A DNA stretch of 64,000 nucleotides from positions 23,504 through 87,503 of the forward strand of contig CAVTSD010000008.1 in assembly GCA_963737365.1 (NCBI GenBank), written 5' to 3'. Shown here piece after piece: positions 56,948-64,000 of the stretch. Numbering within the stretch: the first letter of the stretch is position 1; every line of letters begins with the position of its first letter. The position numbers were made by a program, and so were the translations under genes. The notes below the pieces were generated by a model that did not search any database, was not told the DNA's origin, and saw only the letters and a list, made by a program, of their open reading frames with translations. The DNA comes from an uncultured Alphaproteobacteria bacterium (GTDB lineage: Bacteria > Pseudomonadota > Alphaproteobacteria > Rhizobiales > Beijerinckiaceae).

Positions 56948-57681
56948 GACGCTTGCGCGCTGGCCGCGCGGGAGAGCGCCCGGAAAGCAGCGGGAACCTC
57001 GGATGGCAATTGGCAGAGAGCCGCGGCGCCTGCGGCGCGAAGCTCTTCCGCGCCGCCATAGCCCCAGAGCGCGCCTATCGTGGGAATCCCATGCCGGGTC
57101 GCGGCGAGGACGTCATGCTTGCGATCGCCCCACATGCAGCAATCGTCAGCCGCGAGCCTCTCACGCTCGAGAATGTGCGCAATCAGGTCCGCCTTGTCCT
57201 GAAAGCGACCGCCAAGTTCATCGCCATAGGCCGCCTCGAACTGATGCTCAAGGCCGAAGTGGCGAAGGATCCGCTCCGCATAGACAAGGGGTTTCGCCGT
57301 GCAAAGAAAGAGGCGCGTTCCGGCGGCCCGCAGCTCGGCAAGCGCCCCCCTTACGCCGTCATAGACCGTCGCTTGGAAGAGCCCTTCGACCGAATAGCGG
57401 CCACGGTAGATCTTGAGCGCTTCCTCCGGGTCACCCTCGCCGCCGAGAGCCTCGGCGAAACATCCGCGCAGCGGCGGCCCGATGATCCAGTGGAGTTCGG
57501 CGGCAGGCGGGGCGATGCGCCCTAACGTTTCGAGCGCGAGGCGGAAGCAGCCGATGATGCCCTGAGCGGGGTCGGTCAGCGTTCCGTCCAGATCGACCAG
57601 GAGCGCGCTTCGATGATTTACCCGCGCAGATGCAGCACCACGGTCCTCGGCGACGGTTTGTGAAGGCGGTCTTAGCGGCAA
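56944..57681 (-). CDS. HAD-superfamily phosphatase (Gph/5'-nucleotidase-like)
   Basis: DLDGTLTD, CTAKP, MWGDRKHD, GALWGYG. Confidence 0.88.
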   Translation of the reverse strand: MPLRPPSQTVAEDRGAASARVNHRSALLVDLDGTLTDPAQGIIGCFRLALETLGRIAPPAAELHWIIGPPLRGCFAEALGGEGDPEEALKIYRGRYSVEGLFQATVYDGVRGALAELRAAGTRLFLCTAKPLVYAERILRHFGLEHQFEAAYGDELGGRFQDKADLIAHILERERLAADDCCMWGDRKHDVLAATRHGIPTIGALWGYGGAEELRAAGAAALCQLPSEVPAAFRALSRAASAQAS

Positions 57682-57693
57682 GCGCGCGACCGG

Positions 57694-57930
57694 CTAGCCG
57701 CGGATCGGCTCGTGCGCGACCGCCGCGCGCAGAAAATAAAAGAGCCCGGTCAGCGCGGTGAGAATAAGCAGCCCTTCAAGCGAGCGTGTGATCGTCTCGC
57801 CAAGCTGGAACAGGCCCCCGATCGCCCAACCGGCAGCAGCGCCGGCGCCCACGAGTTCGGTGCCCACCAGGATGGCGACGCTGATCAGCGTCATCGCATT
57901 GGTCCAGTTAATCGGCGCGACGTCCGCCAA
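57694..57930 (-). CDS. Small conserved membrane protein
   Basis: Two hydrophobic helices (LISVAILVGTELVGAGAAAGWAIGGLF; LLILTALTGLFYFL); SD AGGAG. Confidence 0.7.
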   Translation of the reverse strand: MADVAPINWTNAMTLISVAILVGTELVGAGAAAGWAIGGLFQLGETITRSLEGLLILTALTGLFYFLRAAVAHEPIRG

Positions 57931-57996
57931 AGCGCGTTCTCCTTCTGATGTTCGCGAAGCGGTCGCGCATATACCAACGCGCCCGCCAGCGCAAGC

Positions 57997-58935
57997 TTAC
58001 GCAGGGGCGGCGACGTCGTGGCCCTTCCGCCCTGCCTCATAGGCTTTCACGTGAAGCGTGGCGATGCGCAGCAGCGAAGCCTCGCCCGGATTGGCGGCGC
58101 GGCGCAAGAGATCGCCTAGGATTTGGTCGCCTTCGACCGGCTTGCCGGCCTCGATATCGCGCAGCATCGAAGCCTTCAGGGGCGAGCCGGCGGCGGTTAG
58201 CGCTGTCCGCGCCCTCTGCAGCGCGGGGTCGCGCAGCGGAAAGCCCTGAGCGGCCGCGACCGAAGCGCACTCGTCGAGAAGCCCGAGCGCGAGATTCGCG
58301 GCGCCGGCTTCGACGTATTCACTAACGGACGCCCGCATGAGGCAGGTTATGCCTGCGGCCGTGGCGATGAACACCCACTTTTCCCACATTTCCTGCCGGA
58401 CCTCGTCGCTCAACCGCGCGTCAAAACCGGCGTTGAGCAGGGCTGAAGCTATGGTTTCGATCCGGTTCGAGCGGGCGCCGTCCAGTTCGCCGAAGCTCAG
58501 CGCGTGCCAATCATTGAGATGCAGGATGGAGCCTTCAGCGCCGAGGGTCACGGAGATCGCGCACTGGCCGCCGAGCACGCGTTCGGCCCCGAAGCGTTCT
58601 GCGAGCCGGTCGATGTGCCGCATACCGTTGAGGAGCGGCAGAATCGCCGTCGCCGGGCCGACGGCTTTCGCGAAGGATGTCATCGCGCCCTCGAGGTCGA
58701 AAGCCTTGCAGCTCAGGACCACAAGGTCGAATGGCTCCGCCAGCTTGTCCTGCAACACAGTCGGCGGCGAAGGGCGATGGAAGTCGCCGACAGGGCTGCG
58801 AATGGTCAGCCCGTACTTCGCAAGTTCGGCCGCGCGGCGCGGTCGAACGAGAAACGTCACGTCGCGACCCGCCTGCATGAGGCGACCGCCGAAATAGCCG
58901 CCGACCGCGCCCGCCCCGACCACAAGAATTCTCAT
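57997..58935 (-). CDS. panE: 2-dehydropantoate 2-reductase
   Basis: MRILVVGAGAVGGYFG, LSCKAFD, PLLNGM, MWEKWVF, SMLRDIEAG--VE. Confidence 0.9.
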   Translation of the reverse strand: MRILVVGAGAVGGYFGGRLMQAGRDVTFLVRPRRAAELAKYGLTIRSPVGDFHRPSPPTVLQDKLAEPFDLVVLSCKAFDLEGAMTSFAKAVGPATAILPLLNGMRHIDRLAERFGAERVLGGQCAISVTLGAEGSILHLNDWHALSFGELDGARSNRIETIASALLNAGFDARLSDEVRQEMWEKWVFIATAAGITCLMRASVSEYVEAGAANLALGLLDECASVAAAQGFPLRDPALQRARTALTAAGSPLKASMLRDIEAGKPVEGDQILGDLLRRAANPGEASLLRIATLHVKAYEAGRKGHDVAAPA

Positions 58936-58998
58936 TTCACTCGATCCTATCAACACAGAGAGGCCGCCCACCTGCCGCCGCCAGGCGCCGGGCGCGGG

Positions 58999-60102
58999 TT
59001 ACGGTACGGCCGAGACCAGCATGAATGCGGCGAAGATCACAAGATGCACGGCGCCTTGCAGCACGGTCGTCCGCCCCGTACCGAGGGTCAGAGCAGCGAT
59101 ATAGAGCGTCAGAATGAGCAGCGTCATGTCGGTCGGCGAAACGCCGAGCGCGATCTGACGGTTGAGCACGATCGAGACGACCGCGACCACCGGAAGAGTC
59201 AGGCCGATGCTGGCGATGGCCGAGCCGAGCGCGAGGTTTATGCTGTTCTGCAGCCGATTGCGAAGGGCTGATTTTATCGCCGCGAGCCCTTCGGGCATAA
59301 GCACGATGAGCGCGATGAAGACGCCGACGAAGGCCTTCGGCAGCCCGGCCGCGCCGATCGCCATGTCGACCGGATAGGATAGGGTCTTGGCCAACAGCAC
59401 GACCGCGGCAAGCGAAACAACCAGGAGGGCAAGGCTCAAGAGCGCGATCAGGGCGCCGGGCGTGTTGTGCGGCGAATCGTCGGAATCGTCGTCGCTTGGC
59501 GCATCGAGGAAATAGTCGCGATGTTTGACGGTCTGCACAAACACGAACACGCACCAGAGAACGAGCGCCATGACGCCGACGCCCTCCAATTGCAGAATGG
59601 AATAGGAGGGGCCGGAAGCCGCCTCGGCGAAATTGGGCAGGATCAGCGCCAGCGTCGCCAAAGTCCCCAGCACCGCGAGCGCGGAGGCCGCCCCCTGAAG
59701 CTGGAAAGTCTGCTCGAAATGCTTGCCCGCTCCTAGCACGAGACAGAGTCCGACAACGCCATTGAGAACGATCATCACCGCCGCGAACACAGTGTCCCGG
59801 GCGACGCGCTCGCTGCCCTCCGCCCCGGCAAGCATGATGGAGACAATGAGCCCGGCTTCGATCACCGTCACCGCGACGGCGAGAAGAATTGAGCCGAAAG
59901 GCTCCCCTAGTTTGAGCGCCAACACCTCGGCGTGGTGAACGGCGGCGAACACGGTCGCGCCCAGGAAGAGTCCCGCGAGCGTAAGGACATACGGGTCATC
60001 GGGAGGGACAATATGATACAGCTTTAACGCCACAAGAGCGCTTGCGAGCAAGGGCACAGCCCAGGCCCAGAACGGAATGGCGACGTGATGAGGCGACGAC
60101 AT
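58999..60102 (-). CDS. Ca2+/H+ antiporter (CaCA family, ChaA/Y4hA-like)
   Basis: AAVHHAEVLA..LGEPFG, ARDTVFAAVM, LMPEG, NRLQNSINLALGS alpha repeats; about 11 TM segments. Confidence 0.9.
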   Translation of the reverse strand: MSSPHHVAIPFWAWAVPLLASALVALKLYHIVPPDDPYVLTLAGLFLGATVFAAVHHAEVLALKLGEPFGSILLAVAVTVIEAGLIVSIMLAGAEGSERVARDTVFAAVMIVLNGVVGLCLVLGAGKHFEQTFQLQGAASALAVLGTLATLALILPNFAEAASGPSYSILQLEGVGVMALVLWCVFVFVQTVKHRDYFLDAPSDDDSDDSPHNTPGALIALLSLALLVVSLAAVVLLAKTLSYPVDMAIGAAGLPKAFVGVFIALIVLMPEGLAAIKSALRNRLQNSINLALGSAIASIGLTLPVVAVVSIVLNRQIALGVSPTDMTLLILTLYIAALTLGTGRTTVLQGAVHLVIFAAFMLVSAVP

Positions 60103-60258
60103 CGATCCATTCCGTTTTCGGGGAGGTTCGAGTGTGCAAGAGAAATGCATCACGCGCAATTCGTGGGCGTTGGGCTAGTTTGACGCCCTCATTTCCGGGG
60201 TTATTCTCGCTTCCCGTCGATCGGCCGGCGCGCCGTGCGCACCTCGTTTTCCGGTGAG

Positions 60259-60801
60259 ATGGTGGAAACCCAAACCATAGACGTCGCCGCGATCGACCCC
60301 CCTGCGCTCGCCAAAGCCACCGACCGGCTCGCTGGAATCCTGCAGGCATGTGTACACGAGGGCGCAAGCATCGGCTTTGTCATGCCGTTCGAGCTGAGCG
60401 ACGCGCGCGCGTACTGGCTGGACAGGGTCGCTGCGCCGCACGCGGCCGGCTCGAAGCTTGTCCTCATCGCGACCCTCGGCGGCGCGATCGCCGGAACGGC
60501 GCAGCTCGATTTCGATTCGATGCCGAGCAAACGTCACCATGCTGAGGTTTCCAAGGTCCTCGTCGATCCCGCCTTTCGCCGCGCCGGCGTTGGGCGAGCG
60601 CTCATGCGGGAGATCGAACGACGCGCGGCGGGAGAGCACCGATGGCTGCTCACGCTCGACACCGCGGGCGACGCGGCCGAAGCCCTCTACCGTTCGCTGG
60701 GTTATACGCTCGCGGGGACGATCCCGAATTACGCACGCAACGCCTTCGAAGACAGCTACGACGCGACGCGGCTTATGTACAAAGATCTGCGGCGCGGATA
60801 G
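60259..60801 (+). CDS. GNAT-family N-acetyltransferase
   Basis: GASIGF, HAEVSKVLVDPAFRRAGVGRALM (motif A), LYRSLGY, GTIPNYA. Confidence 0.92.
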   Translation: MVETQTIDVAAIDPPALAKATDRLAGILQACVHEGASIGFVMPFELSDARAYWLDRVAAPHAAGSKLVLIATLGGAIAGTAQLDFDSMPSKRHHAEVSKVLVDPAFRRAGVGRALMREIERRAAGEHRWLLTLDTAGDAAEALYRSLGYTLAGTIPNYARNAFEDSYDATRLMYKDLRRG

Positions 60802-60861
60802 CCTCCGATCGTCACCGCTCGTGAAGGAGGTCCCTCGTCTTGCCCCGCGGAGCATCGGCTG

Positions 60862-62685
60862 ATGGGTGACCCGAAAGGCGCGATCCTTTTCGGCCGCGTC
60901 GTCCTTTTCCTTTTGACAGCCTATGCGCTGGCGATGATCGCCCCTGACTTGCTTCGCGTGGTTCGCCCTCTGGGGTCGTTCGGTATGGCGATGGACGGCG
61001 ACGGGCGGATTTACGACGTTCAGGGCCCGTTCGACAGCGAACATGATTCGCCTGCCTGGCGTGCTGGCCTACGAGCCGGAGACCGCCTCGATCTCGCAGC
61101 AATGCGCTGCGCACCCGTCGACACCGACGTCTGCGCGAGTTTGCTGTCGCAATGGGGCGGCGTGACCTACGTCACGGCGGGGCGCGAGGCGACACTCATC
61201 TTCGCCCCGTCCCCGGAACACGCACTGCGGGAAGTCAAGCTCACCGCCGAGCCGCGACCGATGAATCGCCTGCTCGACCTCGTCATTGTGCTCGATACGC
61301 TTGCCGGTGTTCTGGTTGTGCTCGGCGCGGCGTGGCTCGTGTGGACGCGCCCGGGCCTCATGACCTGGGGCTTCTTCGTCTATGTGATTCAGTTCAATCC
61401 CGGCCAGGCGTTTCAGTTCTGGGCCTGGCTCCAGCTCTGGCCCGGCGCGCTTCTGGCGCAGAACGTCATTTTCCTGGTGATGCAGGCCGCGGCCTATGCC
61501 GGGCTCCTGCTGTTCGCGCTGCGGGCGCCGGTCGACCGGGCCGAAGGGCGCTGGCGGACGATCGAGCGCGCCCTGCCCGCGCTGGCGATCGTGTTTCTGG
61601 GCGTCGCGCTCGCCAGCATGGCGACCGTGTTCGGCTATCGGGCCGAAATCTGGGCGCGAGGCCTGCTGCTGATCGGCTTTGCGGTCAGCGTCGCCGCGCT
61701 CGTCATCCTGATCGCACGCAGGCGGGATCTCTCGCCCCGCGACTATCAGCGCATTCGCTGGGTGATCTGGGGCTGCCTGATCGGCTTTCCGGCCTATCTG
61801 CTCGCCCAGCTCTTGCAGCAAACCTCGCTGTTCGGCGACCTGCTTGGCAAAGGCCAGGCGCAGGAGGAAGTCGCCGGGGCGCTTTCCCTCGTCAACGGGA
61901 TCCTCTGCCTGTTCGTCGTCGAGGCGGTGCGGCGGCAAACGGTGGTCAACGTCTGGATCCCGCTTCGCCGCGCCACCGCTTTCGGCCTTCTGCTCAGCGT
62001 GCCGGTCCTTTTCCTGCACAAGCAGATCGAGGTGATCGACGAATACATCCACATGCCCGACTGGGCCTGGGTCGTGGTCGCTTCTTGTCTTGTCTACCTG
62101 CTTGCGCGCGGACACGAGTTTGCGACCGAGGTCATGGATCGCCTGTTCAACCGGAAATTCATCCGTGCCGAGCGCCACCTTGCCGACGTCGGCGAGACCA
62201 TTCAGAATTCCGGCAGCCTGGACGAGATCGAGCGCCTCCTGGTGAACGAGCCCATGAAAACCCTCCGCCTTGCGTCGGCGGCGCTGTTTCGCGAGCAGGA
62301 CGGCCTCTTCACCCGCAGCCTCAGCGCCGGGTGGGACGCCGATCACGCCGATGCGCTGACCACCAACCATCCCCTGCTCGCCGCGCGGTTCGATCGAAAG
62401 CCCTACACCGTCGCGTCCGTCGACGCCGCCTTCCATGACGAGCTACCCGACGACCTCGAGCGGCCGGTGCTCGTCGTGCCGGTCGGCAATGCGCGCCGCT
62501 GTTATGCGCTTGTCCTCTATGGCGGCCACGAGGTGGGAACCGATCTCGACACGGGCGAGCGCCACCTGCTCGGCAGCCTCGCCCGCGACGCCGAGATCGC
62601 CTATGCGCAGGTCGAAAGCGATACGTTGCGGCGACGGATCGCCGCGCTCGAGACCGAGCTTGCGAAGACCTTGGAGCCCCGTTGA
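60862..62685 (+). CDS. Multi-pass membrane protein with PDZ-like periplasmic domain and C-terminal GAF-like domain, no output domain
   Basis: N-terminal TM; DSPAWRAGLRAGDRL PDZ-like motif; about 8 further hydrophobic helices; DRLFNR linker; GAF-like LRLASAALF...LVVPV...ALVLYG...ERHLLGSLARDAEIA; ends in a short coiled coil. Confidence 0.75.
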   Translation: MGDPKGAILFGRVVLFLLTAYALAMIAPDLLRVVRPLGSFGMAMDGDGRIYDVQGPFDSEHDSPAWRAGLRAGDRLDLAAMRCAPVDTDVCASLLSQWGGVTYVTAGREATLIFAPSPEHALREVKLTAEPRPMNRLLDLVIVLDTLAGVLVVLGAAWLVWTRPGLMTWGFFVYVIQFNPGQAFQFWAWLQLWPGALLAQNVIFLVMQAAAYAGLLLFALRAPVDRAEGRWRTIERALPALAIVFLGVALASMATVFGYRAEIWARGLLLIGFAVSVAALVILIARRRDLSPRDYQRIRWVIWGCLIGFPAYLLAQLLQQTSLFGDLLGKGQAQEEVAGALSLVNGILCLFVVEAVRRQTVVNVWIPLRRATAFGLLLSVPVLFLHKQIEVIDEYIHMPDWAWVVVASCLVYLLARGHEFATEVMDRLFNRKFIRAERHLADVGETIQNSGSLDEIERLLVNEPMKTLRLASAALFREQDGLFTRSLSAGWDADHADALTTNHPLLAARFDRKPYTVASVDAAFHDELPDDLERPVLVVPVGNARRCYALVLYGGHEVGTDLDTGERHLLGSLARDAEIAYAQVESDTLRRRIAALETELAKTLEPR

Positions 62686-63383
62686 CCCAAAAGCTGCGAT
62701 CCCTGGACGGCGTCCGCGCCTGCGTCTTCGACGCCTACGGCACCCTGTTCGACTTCGCCTCCGCCGCGGCGCGCTGCCCTGACGTGCCGGAGGATCGCCG
62801 CGCCGCGCTAACGACGCTCTGGCGCGACAAGCAGATCCAGTACGCCTGGCTGCGCACGCTTCAGAACCGCTACGCCGACTTTTGGCAGGTCACGGGCGAC
62901 GCGCTCGATTTCGCGCTGGAAAGCCTCGACCTTGAGAGCCGCTCCATGCGCGAGCGGCTGATGGACCTCTATCTCGGCCTCGAGCCGTTTCCCGAGGTCC
63001 CCGCCGTGCTCACGACGTTGCGCGAGGCGGGGTTCAAAACCGCGATCCTCTCCAACGGCTCGCCGACGATGCTCGACGCGCTCGTCGAGCGCGCGGGCCT
63101 CGAGGCGATGTTCGACGCCGTCCTCTCCGTCGACGCGGTCCGCGCCTTCAAGACGCACCCCGACGTCTACCGATACGCGCTCGACTCCCTTGGCCTGAGC
63201 GCGGCCCAAATCGCCTTCCAGTCCTCGAACGCCTGGGACGCGCACGCCGCGTCAGACTTCGGCATGCGGGTCGTCTGGTGCAATCGCTATGGCCAGCGCC
63301 GCGAGCGCCTGCCGGGCGCCCCTGACTTCGAGATCCGGACGCTGGCCGAACTGCCGGCGCTTTTGAGCGCGGGAGCGCCCTGA
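62682..63383 (+). CDS. Haloacid dehalogenase, type II (L-2-haloacid dehalogenase)
   Basis: VFDAYGTLFD, WRDKQIQY, LSNGS, FKTHPDVY, SSNAWDA; TTGA overlap with the upstream gene. Confidence 0.92.
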   Translation: MTQKLRSLDGVRACVFDAYGTLFDFASAAARCPDVPEDRRAALTTLWRDKQIQYAWLRTLQNRYADFWQVTGDALDFALESLDLESRSMRERLMDLYLGLEPFPEVPAVLTTLREAGFKTAILSNGSPTMLDALVERAGLEAMFDAVLSVDAVRAFKTHPDVYRYALDSLGLSAAQIAFQSSNAWDAHAASDFGMRVVWCNRYGQRRERLPGAPDFEIRTLAELPALLSAGAP

Positions 63384-63478
63384 TTGGGGCGGCCAGGGCC
63401 TTTTTGCCCGCTCGTCATGCAACCGGCTGCGCGAGCGCCCGGACCGGCTAAGCGCCAACAAGCGCTCGTAAACGGGCT

Positions 63479-63572
63479 TAAACGCTAGTCAAATTGCTCC
63501 AATTTCTAGCGTTTATTTTTTCGAATCCGGACTTTTCAATGGGTTACGGTCGTTTGGAGCAAAAAAATTTCC
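63479..63572 (+). repeat. Dispersed element copy B (hairpin + IHF-like core + A/T tract)
   Basis: 10-bp IR TAAACGCTAG / CTAGCGTTTA with inner AAATTG/CAATTT; core CGAATCCGGACTTTTCAATGGGTTAC (63522-63547), 21/26 identical to copy A; then AAAAAAATTT. Confidence 0.6.
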
Positions 63573-63850
63573 GCCCCGATTCCCCGGATCGCGCTCGGGT
63601 TGTATCGACCGCCTTTTCCAAGCTCTCTCAAACGGTGCAAGCCCGCCTCGCTAGGATCTGCCAAGGAGAATGTATACCATAGGATTTTGATTTTTGCAAA
63701 GCCTTATGAACGCGAACGATTTTGGCTATCGCGCCAGCCTTACGGGTCGGCGGCGCGCGCCAGTCAACCTGACATCAGACTGCCTGCTTCGCGTGAAATA
63801 GGACAGCCTTTTCAAGGCCGCGCTGGCGCGCATCCGGGGAGGGAACGGCG

Positions 63851-64000
63851 ATGACGATTTAATTCACGAGTGTCGTCCCAATCATTCGCATTTTCGATAT
63901 CGCCAAGGCTGACGAATTCTATTTGGGTTTTCTCGGCTTCAAGGTCGACTGGGATCATCGCTTCGACGACAACGCGCCGCTCTATCGGCAGGTGTCGCGC
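63851..64000 (+). pseudogene. VOC/glyoxalase-superfamily gene (3' partial) with an in-frame stop at codon 4
   Basis: ATG ACG ATT TAA TTC ACG AGT GTC... = MTI*FTSVVPIIRIFDIAKADEFYLGFLGFKVDWDHRFDDNAPLYRQVSR; GGGA SD upstream. Confidence 0.75.

Noticed and set aside
1-64000. tRNA, rRNA, CRISPR array, prophage or integrase
   Set aside because: No cloverleaf/TPsiC signature (checked particularly after yacG and before secE), no regularly spaced repeat-spacer array, and no phage or recombinase genes seen by eye. tRNAscan would be needed to exclude tRNAs fully.

Overview
GC-rich (roughly 60-65%) chromosomal segment of an alphaproteobacterium, most likely Hyphomicrobiales/Rhizobiales. This is inferred from marker genes (mucR/ros, usg, DUF2093, an lsrB/vtlR-like LysR next to trxB), a SAM-II riboswitch and a GTTC-N7-GTTC LexA box. 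Most of the window is housekeeping: hdaA, accB-accC, rpsU, a beta-oxidation operon, trxB, secE-nusG, dcd, metZ, hemW, moaDE, pgsA, upp, atm1-psd-pssA, an RND pump, infA-maf-yacG, ptrB and panE. Two surface-glycan patches (15.8-19.6 kb and 26.6-31.2 kb) and one intact IS5-family element with a passenger ORF are interspersed, along with three apparently damaged genes. Best leads: (1) an uncharacterised radical-SAM/HhH + DUF4130-UdgX DNA-repair operon with a perfect LexA box over its start codon; (2) a dispersed intergenic element seen three times, with an IHF-like core next to hairpins; (3) an IS5 passenger gene whose stop codon comes from the target site; (4) a PDZ/multi-TM/GAF membrane protein with no output domain; (5) a sigma-54 promoter in front of usg. 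All product calls come from motif recognition by eye. No database searches were run.
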